From positions 5,267 to 69,266 of the forward strand of contig CALGBY010000063.1 of assembly GCA_937886445.1 (NCBI GenBank): a DNA stretch of 64,000 nucleotides, in the 5' to 3' direction. This document shows positions 36,582-45,814 of this stretch, piece by piece. The notes under the pieces were generated by a model. That model worked only from the letters and a program-made list of their open reading frames with translations, did not search any database and had not been told where the DNA came from. The stretch comes from an uncultured Clostridia bacterium. GTDB taxonomy: Bacteria > Bacillota > Clostridia > Christensenellales > Aristaeellaceae. The position numbers and the translations under genes are program-made. The stretch's first letter is position 1. The number at the start of each line of letters is the position of its first letter.

Positions 36582-36657
36582 GGGGCATTAGCACAGTTGG
36601 TAGCGCGCTACATTCGCATTGTAGAGGTCAGCGGTTCGAATCCGCTATGCTCCACCA
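36582..36657 (+). tRNA. tRNA-Ala (anticodon CGC)
   Basis: Manual cloverleaf: GGGGCAT/ATGCTCC acceptor with G3:U70, D arm GCAC-AGTTGGTA-GCGC, anticodon arm CTACA-TTCGCAT-TGTAG, T arm AGCGG-TTCGAAT-CCGCT, and an encoded CCA. Confidence 0.9.
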
Positions 36658-36664
36658 TACAGAA

Positions 36665-36723
36665 GAAATCCGAACCTGATCCCGATTGGGAATGGGTTCG
36701 GATTTCTTTGTTTCCTCTCAAGT
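36665..36723 (+). terminator. terminator after tRNA-Ala
   Basis: GAAATCCGAACC...GGTTCGGATTTC followed by TTTGTTT. Confidence 0.7.
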
Positions 36724-37021
36724 ATCGTGGTGTGATCGATTTCTGAGTGAAGGAAGTGGTGGCAGACACAGAAATAGTTCCATGCTTACCAACACACACT
36801 AACGATATGAAAGTGAGGAATAACTCTTTAGAAGCCCATTTCTGACCAGGTTGATATATATGTCGTCCTTATCAAAAATGGGTCATTTCTATGCCTTGAA
36901 ACTCGCTATTTTACTGGGGTTATTGGTTTCTACAGCGTGACAAAAGGGTTAGATCATATCTATCGTTTTTTGATTCATCTGCGGATTTAAGCTTGATTAT
37001 TTTCCCTACGAGTCCTACTTT

Positions 37022-37552
37022 TTACAAAATTACTCGATCCCACAGGAACGCTTTTGCTACCGCTATATGCGTTCTGACTTCCTTCGGCAATGGCACAATA
37101 CATACTAAACGTTGTTCTGAAATTGCCCTGGCTGTTTTTTCTGAAATTTCATCCGGTGTAGAGTTAATAAAATCAGCAAGAGTTCTATAGCCGGCCTTAT
37201 AATACAAGGAAGCACGGGTTTGCTTTACACCGGGAAGACAGTATAATTCGCGATAAGAAAGCTGTTCATCCGGATTCAAGGATAGTTTTTCAATTTCCCG
37301 GAATTTCTGTGGATTCGGATCGTAAATCGAATAAAATTTTCTCAACAAACTGATTACTGCAGCATCTTCTATCCCCATACCCACATAATCCGCATCTGAC
37401 AGTAATGCTGCATCATTTTTTGTTTTACAATGCAGCTGACGCAGGCCTTGAATCAGCACCCCTTTATATTGGATCAAAGGATAATACCTTTCCGCCAGGC
37501 ACGCCTCATCCAGAAGGATCTCTATTGCATTGATGTTATAGTCTGTGTTCAT
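37022..37552 (-). CDS. hypothetical protein with helix-hairpin-helix-like motif
   Basis: A 176-aa ORF with RBS AAGGGG. LPGVKQTRASLYYKAGYRTLADF resembles an HhH DNA-binding motif. No confident family. Confidence 0.5.
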   Translation of the reverse strand: MNTDYNINAIEILLDEACLAERYYPLIQYKGVLIQGLRQLHCKTKNDAALLSDADYVGMGIEDAAVISLLRKFYSIYDPNPQKFREIEKLSLNPDEQLSYRELYCLPGVKQTRASLYYKAGYRTLADFINSTPDEISEKTARAISEQRLVCIVPLPKEVRTHIAVAKAFLWDRVIL

Positions 37553-37770
37553 GATCTGCGCCCCTTATCACTTGTCAGCTTTGTTATAAAGTATCGGTTT
37601 TGATACCCTTCACATTGCTCATTACGCACAACAATACCCATTCAGTCAGCAGACAGGCATATGCATTTCCATGATCATATAGTCAGCAGCGTCCCTGATA
37701 ATATGTCCATCGATCATTTATATACTCCCGTTCAGCATCATCGTGTGCTTATAACCTTGCTATTACCTGT

Positions 37771-38355
37771 TTACACGGTAATGCCGGCATAAGGTATACA
37801 ATAAATCAAACATTCCGCCGCGTCATGAATATCCTCATCCTCCGGTAGTTCTCCGTTCCTTGCACAGCATTCAAACTCATCCACAATGTTCTCTATCAGC
37901 ACCATATCAATAAACAGCTGAAGCTGATCAAGCAATTCATCAGGTATATCCGTCTCTGTCCGGTAACCGGAAAGCACAGTATCAAAATAATGCTTCATAT
38001 AGGCCATACGTTCATCCGCGTTCGTGATATGTCTGCACCAGCCCTCACCGTGCGTCCACAGGTTTGCAAGATCAAACATATACCAGCATTTTATACAGTT
38101 ATCAAAATCAAATACTGTGATCCTTCCGTCATCCATATTGATATGATAATTACCATCACTGAAATCGAAATGAACCATTCCAAATGTCTCAGGATCAACA
38201 GGCTGCCTGTCAAACAATTCAAAACACCGGAAGATGGCAGCTTTCAATATCTCATATCGATCAGGAATGCATAGACGAATATCGGTCACACGGCCTCCGG
38301 ATCCGTGATCATCATCCATTTCCAAAAAATCTACGTATGTATTACTTTTCCTCAT
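37771..38355 (-). pseudogene. APH/CotS-type phosphotransferase-family gene, C-lobe only (probable N-terminal truncation)
   Basis: Catalytic loop HFDFSDGN (HxDxxxxN) and the metal-binding FDFDN motif are present. The whole ATP-binding N-lobe is missing. Only 175 bp of stop-ridden sequence lies upstream. Confidence 0.55.
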
Positions 38356-38530
38356 CCTAAAGGGTCACTGCTGTTATTCTCGTCCCGGAAGGAGATATAC
38401 TTTATCTTTCCGCCAAACATGCCGATATATCGTTCTACTGCTTCCCAACAATTACCATTAGGGATTGACCGAAATGCTCATAAATCTCCATTTTCCTTTC
38501 TGCACATAAAAGACATATATCATTTTAAAC

Positions 38531-41500
38531 TTATCCCACCACCAGCTTATTTGTCTTCCTCAAAAATTTTGCCGGTATCGGATGATCAAGCCGCCAGGTG
38601 ATATTCATAGGCTTTTCGCCGTCATGTATTACATAGTTAGCTGTTCCGAGATAGGTGTATGTAGCGGCACTGCCGGAGATCACGTCTGTTTTGAACTCAC
38701 GTACGAACAGCAGGATCCTGCTGCCTTTTTCCTGGTGATAAATATAGCGCCGGCCGGTAGGAGAATCAGATGCCGTTGTACTTTGACTTTGCCAATGGAA
38801 AAGATCACTGTTGATTGAATAATCATTATACATGGTAGTAGGCGAATAATCCTTATCCGACTTGTTCAAAGTCACAAATAACACATCCAGATTTTTCTCC
38901 GGCAGCCATTTAACCCCCTCTCTGACGGTGGACGGCTTCATGAAATCCAATGCGACCAATAGTTGATCACGGGTATAGGTACAGTGCAGATCCAACGGAC
39001 AGTCAAAACCGATCGGAACAGGCTCGTCAATAAAATCGATATGATCATAATTGTACTGCAGCAGCTCCGTCAATTCACCCAGCATCAACGGACTATCCGC
39101 AAGCTGATAAAGATTCCCCAGCACCTCATCGCTGTTCCAATCCTCCGCAGACTTGCCCCATATGGTAACATAGAACATCCGCATCATACGCTTTTCCATA
39201 TCGGGCAGCTCGTCAAAATTCACATCACCCAGTCGCGGCAAAATATCCAGCAAAAAGCTGATCCAACGGCGGGAATCAATGGTACACAGTCGTGCGAAAG
39301 CCTTTTCCATCACGGTCTCTGCCGGCTCTGAGAAATCATCTGTCACATCCGCTCTGGCGCAAAGCCGTGAAAAGGTACTGAATTTATAAATCATTCGTGG
39401 GTCGATATGATAATGATCCAGAAAGCTCGTCAGGGTAAGCTTCAGCCCGGTATCCTCCTCAAATGAAGCGATACGTGTTAAAAGCCCGTTACTGTTGCTG
39501 TAGGATGCACGGATATTATCCAGAATGTATTTTGCCGCCTGCTTCTCCAATTGTATATAGCAGCCTTTAGGCAATGCAATAAATCCATTCCTGATCTCAC
39601 GAGCTAAACTGCGGGCAGAATTGGACAGCAGAGAGTCAAACTTATCCTCAAAATTGTATTTTCTGTTAGCCTGTCCAATGAAATCCAGTACTGTCAGACA
39701 ATCCTTCCCTTCACACAGGCGCAGGCCGCGGCCCAGCTGCTGCAGAAAGACAGTAAGAGATTCAGTAGGACGCAGGAACAGCACTGTGTTGACCTCAGGA
39801 ATATCAACACCCTCATTATAGATATCAACTACAAAAATAAAGCGGATCTCACCGGAAACCAGACGGTTTTTCGCTGTTTTTCTTTCTTCATCACACGTTT
39901 TTCCGCTCAGATGGATAGATGGGATACCGTGCGCATTGAAATAGTCACACATGAACTCCGCATGCTCAACAGTTACGCAAAAGCCCAGTCCCTTTACATC
40001 ATCAATATCCGTTACATATTTCATCACTGAAGACAATACATGATCCGCACGACGATCGGCTATTGCACCGCTGAGCGTGTAAACCTCTGAGAGCTCTCCC
40101 CTGTCGTAACCGCCTTTGACCCATTTCAGCTGGTTCAGGTCGACTGTATCAGTAACACCGAAATATTGGAACGGACAAAGGAGCTTACGATCGATCGCTT
40201 CCGGCAGACGAATTTCCGCAGCAATACGATTGTTGAAATATTGCAGGATATTTCTGCCGTCCATACGTTCCGGCGTTGCTGTCAGGCCCAGCAGGACCTT
40301 TGGCTGATAATATTTCAACAGCTTCTGATAAGCCGGCGCTGCAGCATGGTGAAATTCATCAACGATGATATAGTCATAAAAATCCGGTGTAGTTTTTGTG
40401 GTAAAATCCTGTGAATTGAATGTCTGGATGGAAATGAACAGGTTTTCAATGCCGTCCGGCTTATAACTCCCGACAAACATCTCCCCGAAATTCACATCCT
40501 TCAGAACTGCCCTGAAGGTATAAAGACTTTGCTTCAGGATCTCTTCACGATGTGCGACAAACAAAAGGCGGCAAGGCTTACCGGCGTTTTTCCTTCGGAA
40601 ACGCTTATAATCCAGTGCTGAAATAACTGTCTTTCCTGTACCGGTGGCAGCAACTACCAGATTTCGCATATATCCGCGCACACTGCGTTCAGCCTCAAGC
40701 TTGTCCAGGATCTCCTGCTGATAGGAATAGGGCCGGATATCCAGCGAATACATTTCCGGATCATTGGTATCAAAATATTTCTCAGCTTTAAGCGCCCGTG
40801 CAAGGCGCTCTTTCTGCTCTTCATCATAATATTCAAATTCACCGGAATTCCAATAGCTTTCAAAGGTCGCGGAGATCTTGTCGATCGTTTCCGGCAGGTC
40901 CTTTTTCGTCACCTTCACGTTCCATTCAAGCCCGCTGGATATAGCGGCATTGGAAAGATTGGAGGAACCGACATATGCCGTGGTAAAGCCGGTATCACGA
41001 TAGAACATATAAGTCTTTGCGTGCAGGCGGGTGCGTTTGGTATCATAGCTGACCTTGATGCACGTGTTCGGCAGCTTACGCAGCTCCTCAATGGCTTTTA
41101 CATCCGTAGCACCCATATAGGATGTTGTAATAATACGCAGATGACCTCCGTTCTGAGTAAAGGATGTCAGTTCTTCCATGATCAGACGCAGTCCGCTCCA
41201 CTTTATGAAAGAAACCAGCATATCTATACGGTCGCATGACAGGATCTCCTTTTTCAGCTCGGTAAACATTTGAGGCTCATGGATTGCGCCGGTAAAGAGG
41301 GAGCTTTGCGCGATGGAAGTTTCCGGGCGAATAATCTCAGCCTTCCTATCCAGCGCAAACATACTGTTTTTCCTGTCAAAAAGCGCAAGAAGCTGTTCAG
41401 CCCGTTCCGCGACTGAAAGTGTATCAAAGTCATCTTCATTTGTTTCGCTCCTGATGGTGGAAACAATGCGGTTTACGAGCCCGACTTGCGAATACAGATC

Positions 41501-41680
41501 ACCGCCTTTGTCTTTTACGTTATTGAGCCCCTTTTCAACAATTCCGGCAACGTATTTTGCCAACACCTTGGATGCTTCCGCACTGTCTATCTGCACGGTC
41601 TGTGAGAGCTTGTCTGTAACAGAAAGCTCTGAATCAAGTCCTTTATTTATGATTTGTTCATAAAGTCCATTATGAAGCAT
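38531..41680 (-). CDS. PLD (HKD) nuclease + SF2 DEAD/DEAH-type helicase + DUF3427-like C-terminal domain protein
   Basis: Single HKD motif LHAKTYMF...YVGSSNLSNAA. Helicase motifs are I VAATGTGKT, II IVDEFHH, III GLTATPER and VI QQLGRGLR. The C-terminal ~300 aa end in FHWQSQ...ILLFVRE...YTYLG, which I recall as DUF3427. Strong RBS AGGAGG. Confidence 0.9.
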   Translation of the reverse strand: MLHNGLYEQIINKGLDSELSVTDKLSQTVQIDSAEASKVLAKYVAGIVEKGLNNVKDKGGDLYSQVGLVNRIVSTIRSETNEDDFDTLSVAERAEQLLALFDRKNSMFALDRKAEIIRPETSIAQSSLFTGAIHEPQMFTELKKEILSCDRIDMLVSFIKWSGLRLIMEELTSFTQNGGHLRIITTSYMGATDVKAIEELRKLPNTCIKVSYDTKRTRLHAKTYMFYRDTGFTTAYVGSSNLSNAAISSGLEWNVKVTKKDLPETIDKISATFESYWNSGEFEYYDEEQKERLARALKAEKYFDTNDPEMYSLDIRPYSYQQEILDKLEAERSVRGYMRNLVVAATGTGKTVISALDYKRFRRKNAGKPCRLLFVAHREEILKQSLYTFRAVLKDVNFGEMFVGSYKPDGIENLFISIQTFNSQDFTTKTTPDFYDYIIVDEFHHAAAPAYQKLLKYYQPKVLLGLTATPERMDGRNILQYFNNRIAAEIRLPEAIDRKLLCPFQYFGVTDTVDLNQLKWVKGGYDRGELSEVYTLSGAIADRRADHVLSSVMKYVTDIDDVKGLGFCVTVEHAEFMCDYFNAHGIPSIHLSGKTCDEERKTAKNRLVSGEIRFIFVVDIYNEGVDIPEVNTVLFLRPTESLTVFLQQLGRGLRLCEGKDCLTVLDFIGQANRKYNFEDKFDSLLSNSARSLAREIRNGFIALPKGCYIQLEKQAAKYILDNIRASYSNSNGLLTRIASFEEDTGLKLTLTSFLDHYHIDPRMIYKFSTFSRLCARADVTDDFSEPAETVMEKAFARLCTIDSRRWISFLLDILPRLGDVNFDELPDMEKRMMRMFYVTIWGKSAEDWNSDEVLGNLYQLADSPLMLGELTELLQYNYDHIDFIDEPVPIGFDCPLDLHCTYTRDQLLVALDFMKPSTVREGVKWLPEKNLDVLFVTLNKSDKDYSPTTMYNDYSINSDLFHWQSQSTTASDSPTGRRYIYHQEKGSRILLFVREFKTDVISGSAATYTYLGTANYVIHDGEKPMNITWRLDHPIPAKFLRKTNKLVVG

Positions 41681-41964
41681 AGCGTCCTCCTGATAGGATC
41701 AAAAACTAATATTTTTGTTTCATGCTATTCAGTGAATTTCAGATTGCATTCTTCTCTCCATCAGCTTAAAAATCATAACAAACTCGGATATCTGTCAAAG
41801 ATATTATACAATATATGCAAACAGTCTGCAATCCAATAACTTTTGCACAAACTCAAAACTGTTGACCGCTGCTGACTACCGTTTGACTGCCATAGTATAC
41901 TAAAGCCTGTATTTATATGATACGATATAGCATATCTGCCTTTTGAAGCTTTCGCAAAAACATC

Positions 41965-42008
41965 AAAAAAGAAGCCCTAAACCCTTATTTTCTAAGGATC
42001 TAAGGCTT
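41965..42008 (-). terminator. terminator after tRNA-Arg
   Basis: On the minus strand, AAGCCTTAGATCCTTA-GAAAA-TAAGGGTTTAGGGCTT (16-bp stem with G:U pairs) followed by CTTTTTT. Confidence 0.65.
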
Positions 42009-42022
42009 TTCATGGCGCGCCC

Positions 42023-42099
42023 TGGGGGATTCGAACCCACGACCTTTTGATTCGTAGTCAAACACTCTATCCAGCTGAGCTAAGGGCGCATTCACTGTC
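42023..42099 (-). tRNA. tRNA-Arg (anticodon ACG)
   Basis: Manual cloverleaf: GCGCCCT/AGGGCGC acceptor, D arm GCTC-AGCTGGATA-GAGT, anticodon arm TTTGA-CTACGAA-TCAAA, T arm GTGGG-TTCGAAT-CCCCC (one U:C mismatch), and an encoded GCCA. Confidence 0.85.
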
Positions 42100-42220
42100 A
42101 ACTGACAGCTTAAATATAATATCATATCTGCTTACAAAATGCAATACCTTTTTTCAAAAATTTTTTTCATTTTTATGTCAAGAAAAGCCGGTCATGGAAA
42201 CAGCAATATATAGCAAAACT

Positions 42221-42250
42221 GCAAAACGCCCTCTCCTTTCGGAGAGGGCG
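42221..42250 (-). terminator. terminator of the binding-protein gene
   Basis: CGCCCTCTCC-TTTC-GGAGAGGGCG with a T-run on the minus strand. Confidence 0.7.
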
Positions 42251-42275
42251 CGAATTATTCGACCGTTATGCGATA

Positions 42276-43622
42276 TTATTCAACGCCGTTGAAAGTGTCG
42301 CACAGAGCCTGCCAAGCGGGCATACCGGCTTCAACGATCTCCTGAGGAGTGCCATTCCACAGAGCCCACAGGAGGTTGCTGCCGAGAACGTCATTGTTGG
42401 AACCGAGCAGGAATACCTTGTGAGCGCAGCTGTGCTCGCCCTCACGCATCATGGCATAGGTCTCGTACACGGCGCGTTCGTCGGTGTAGAGGATCTTGTT
42501 GCCAACCCAGCTCTCGTTCTCTTCGCCGCCGTTTACGTCGAAGGTGTAGAGGTCATAAAGCTGCTCGATCTTGTGAGCGGTTTCTTCGTCATACACATTG
42601 GGAACACCATAGATGTTGGGGCAGCCGAAGGCCATGTAGGTAGTGCCATGAGGTCCGACGGGGAACATAACAGCGCCCCATTCATCAGCCATGTCAGCCA
42701 TTTCGGAACCATCGTTGAAGCCCTGCCAGGTCTGTCCGGCATAGAAAGCAGAGGTGCCTTCCTTCCAGAAGGTCTTGAACCAATCCCAGTTGGAGCCTTC
42801 GGGCTGAGGAGCACTGTACTTGCCCCAAGTGTCAATGTTGAACTGGAGAGCTTCCAGAGCATTGTCGCTGCCCATGGTGGGAACCAGCTTGCCTTCAGCA
42901 TCGGTATCGAAGAAGGAAGCATTGTTGGCATACATCAGACCGATGGTGTAGTCATCGCGGGAACCGGTGATGCCGTACACGTCGATAACGCCATCGTTGT
43001 CAACGTCGCGCTGTACCTTGTCGAGCAGCTCAGAAAGCATATCCCAGGTCCAGGTGCCGTTCTGCTGAGCGTCATAGATGGTATTGTAGTCGATACCGGC
43101 TTCTTCCAGAACGCGCTTGTTGAAGAAGATGCAGGAACGGGGCTCATTCTTGCCCAGAGACACGCCATAGGTCACTCCGCCGAAGTTGGAGAACTCGCTG
43201 GCAATGGTGTTCCACTTTTCATCGCTCAGGTCGATGGTCCAGGGCATATAGAGGTTGTTGGCAAAGGCGTTGCCGGCAAAGTCAGAAGCGACGGCGATGA
43301 GGCACAGTTCGCTGTTGTCCTTGTTCATAACGCGGTTAGCCAGTTCAGTGGGGTTGCCTTCCCAGTCGCTCAGAGCCTTTTCAACGATCTTTACATTGTA
43401 GGTGGCTTCGAGCCAGTCACGGTAAGCATAGGTGTTGGCCAGTTCTTCATCGGGATCGGGATCACGGTCACCGGAAGACCACCAGTCATACAGATAAACG
43501 GTGGCACCGCCAAAGTCGAGACCCTCGATCACATCGGGGTATCCTTCGGGGGTTTCGGCCAGAGCTGCGCAGCAGGCAATCAGCATCATGGCAGCCAGAA
43601 CCAGAGCTACGATTTTCTTCAT
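42276..43622 (-). CDS. ABC transporter substrate-binding lipoprotein (carbohydrate type)
   Basis: Lipobox-like MKKIVALVLAAMMLIACCAALA and SBP family-1-like length and composition. ATG at 43622 follows AAGGAGG. Third-position G/C is visibly enriched relative to neighbouring genes. Confidence 0.85.
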   Translation of the reverse strand: MKKIVALVLAAMMLIACCAALAETPEGYPDVIEGLDFGGATVYLYDWWSSGDRDPDPDEELANTYAYRDWLEATYNVKIVEKALSDWEGNPTELANRVMNKDNSELCLIAVASDFAGNAFANNLYMPWTIDLSDEKWNTIASEFSNFGGVTYGVSLGKNEPRSCIFFNKRVLEEAGIDYNTIYDAQQNGTWTWDMLSELLDKVQRDVDNDGVIDVYGITGSRDDYTIGLMYANNASFFDTDAEGKLVPTMGSDNALEALQFNIDTWGKYSAPQPEGSNWDWFKTFWKEGTSAFYAGQTWQGFNDGSEMADMADEWGAVMFPVGPHGTTYMAFGCPNIYGVPNVYDEETAHKIEQLYDLYTFDVNGGEENESWVGNKILYTDERAVYETYAMMREGEHSCAHKVFLLGSNNDVLGSNLLWALWNGTPQEIVEAGMPAWQALCDTFNGVE

Positions 43623-43788
43623 AACGAGAAAACCTCCTTGTTTATTTCCATACGCGTGCATACTGTACGCGTATAGTTACAAATTAGCCGGGCAACCTGA
43701 AACTCATGTTTCTTACAATATGCATTATATAGCATCTGTTACCCGATTGCAAGAGCAAACTGTAAATTATACAGCTTTAGGATCCTCT

Positions 43789-44811
43789 TTACTCCTTGGA
43801 ACCGCTCATCACAAGGCTTTCCACAAACGTACGCTGTGTAAAGATATACAGGATCACCAGAGGAATACAGCACATCACTACAGCAATGGAAACCAGCTGC
43901 AGAGAACGGCCGTTGGATACGACCACGCTCTGCTGCTTGTCGCTGGAGAAATACTTGCCCATTTCGCTTACCATGGTACTCATTTCTGTTGAGAAAAGCG
44001 TGTACTTCGTAAGGAAATTGCGGGAGTAGAAAAGATCTGTCCACTGCCACACAAAAGCGAACAGGAAGCAGCTTGAAATCGTGGGAACAGCATCAGGCAG
44101 CATGATCTTGAGGAAGGTATGCATGGTACCGCACCCGTCCACATAGGCCGCTTCTTCAAGGCTTTCCGGAACACTTTTGAAATACTGCCTCATCATGAAT
44201 ATGTACAGACCGTTTTTCAGACCCATACAGGTGATGGACATCATGGCATAGGGAAAGATGGATTTTCTGATATTCAATGCCTGCCCTGTAAGGCCCTTGA
44301 ATATGCCGAGGATATCAAAGTTGGAGAATGTTTTGTACAGAGATGTCTGAATAGTCTGCGGCGGAATAATGATCAGCGCGATCACGCAGGCAAACCAGAA
44401 CTTTTTAAGCGGGAATTCAAACCGGGCAAAGCCGTACGCGACCAATGTACAGGATACGATCTGCAATACAGCTGTAAGAATGGATATCCACAGGGTGTTG
44501 AACATGGAATTATCCGGCCATACATTCAGCCTTGTCAGATCAGCAACGATCCTGTAGTTATCCAGCGTCACATTTCTGGGCAGAAGAATGACCGTATTGT
44601 CATACAGGTCTCTTTCTTCCATCAGGCTCATCGCGAAACGCGTGATCATCGGCTGAATGATCATAAAGCAAAGCCCGAACATGAGAAGCCCGCGCATCAC
44701 GGAGATCGCGATCTCCTTGCTTCTGCGCTTAAGCAGATAGCCGCCGCTTCTGCGGTTTCTGTCTCTGAACTTCTTGTTTTTTCCGATGTATACCGTGTTG
44801 TTTTTACTCAT
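43789..44811 (-). CDS. carbohydrate ABC transporter permease
   Basis: Six-TM pattern and an EAA-like loop (LEEAAYVDGCGTMHTFLKIMLP). Confidence 0.9.
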   Translation of the reverse strand: MSKNNTVYIGKNKKFRDRNRRSGGYLLKRRSKEIAISVMRGLLMFGLCFMIIQPMITRFAMSLMEERDLYDNTVILLPRNVTLDNYRIVADLTRLNVWPDNSMFNTLWISILTAVLQIVSCTLVAYGFARFEFPLKKFWFACVIALIIIPPQTIQTSLYKTFSNFDILGIFKGLTGQALNIRKSIFPYAMMSITCMGLKNGLYIFMMRQYFKSVPESLEEAAYVDGCGTMHTFLKIMLPDAVPTISSCFLFAFVWQWTDLFYSRNFLTKYTLFSTEMSTMVSEMGKYFSSDKQQSVVVSNGRSLQLVSIAVVMCCIPLVILYIFTQRTFVESLVMSGSKE

Positions 44812-45814
44812 AGGACTTCACCACCAATCTGACAATGGCCGTTCCTACTCCGATAAACAGAAGTGCCACTCCGAAATAGATCCAGCTCATTGCGGAAGCA
44901 GGTCCGAAATTGCCCTGCCTGTACATGACCGTGTTGACCACATACTCCATAACCTTGTTATCATTCTTCATGAAGAAGTCGATGATGGTATAAATCAGAT
45001 TGACCAGCAGAAGCGGGCTGACCATGGGGAAGGTGATCTTCCAGAAGGATTCCCATGCGGAGCAGCCTTCCACATCCGCCGCCTCGTAAAGCGAGGGAGA
45101 AATGGACTGCAGACCGCTCAGGAAAACGATGATCTGGATTCCGCTTGCCATGACCACATCGTATATGGCATCGATCATTTTGAATATAACATCAAATACA
45201 TCGCCTGCCACGCCGGAAACGGAAAGCAGATCCTGCAGGGCGGCGGAAATGTTGACACCGCTCGCTTCCTCCACGCTCTCCCCTATACCGCTCATCAGGT
45301 TGAAGAATTCGTTGGAATTTTCAATGCCGGGCAATACGCCTGAGGAAAGGATCACGGGCAGGAAAAAGATCACACGGCAAATGGTCCTTCCCTTGAATTC
45401 CTGATTAAGGATCACAGCGATCACAAAGCTCATCACCAGTGTAGCCACGATGTTGATCATCATACGCCACACTTCACCCTCCAGATCGTTCGCCGTGCTG
45501 AATAGGTAGGTGAAGAAGTTCGGATCGGTACTCAGTGCGTATTTATAGTTGGCGAATTTGTTCCATTTGATCAGGTTCAGGCCGTCCGCGATACCGTCCA
45601 CATCGTAAAGGCTCATCAGGATGGAATTGATGATGGGCTTGATCATAAACATGAGAAGACCGATGATGAAAGGCATAATGAACAGCACGCCCACGCGGGA
45701 ACGTCTTGCCGCGATCGTTGCGTATTGTTCCTTTTTCCAGGGGACATAAACTATCAGCAGATAGGCGATCAAAAGCAAAGCCAGTACCGCTTCAATCGCA
45801 ATATCCAGTGTCAC
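44804..45814 (-). CDS. carbohydrate ABC transporter permease
   Basis: EAA-like loop (LYEAADVEGCSAWESFWKITFP). Overlaps both neighbouring genes by 4-8 nt. Confidence 0.9.
   Translation of the reverse strand: MTLDIAIEAVLALLLIAYLLIVYVPWKKEQYATIAARRSRVGVLFIMPFIIGLLMFMIKPIINSILMSLYDVDGIADGLNLIKWNKFANYKYALSTDPNFFTYLFSTANDLEGEVWRMMINIVATLVMSFVIAVILNQEFKGRTICRVIFFLPVILSSGVLPGIENSNEFFNLMSGIGESVEEASGVNISAALQDLLSVSGVAGDVFDVIFKMIDAIYDVVMASGIQIIVFLSGLQSISPSLYEAADVEGCSAWESFWKITFPMVSPLLLVNLIYTIIDFFMKNDNKVMEYVVNTVMYRQGNFGPASAMSWIYFGVALLFIGVGTAIVRLVVKSYE

Noticed and set aside
36477-36746. 89-aa plus-strand ORF across the tRNA-Ala gene
   Set aside because: It is fully explained by the tRNA, its promoter and its terminator.
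36658-37021. Integrase remnant or att site next to tRNA-Ala
   Set aside because: I looked for an ORF or a duplicated tRNA 3' segment. There are only short stop-interrupted frames, and I could see no repeat of the tRNA end. The region is left as unexplained spacer within the islet finding.
42420-43676. 418-aa plus-strand ORF opposite the substrate-binding lipoprotein gene
   Set aside because: The translation is low-complexity (G/V/A/H-rich) with no RBS. The minus-strand frame has a lipoprotein signal, an RBS and a terminator. The stop-free antisense frame is explained by the G/C-ending codon bias.
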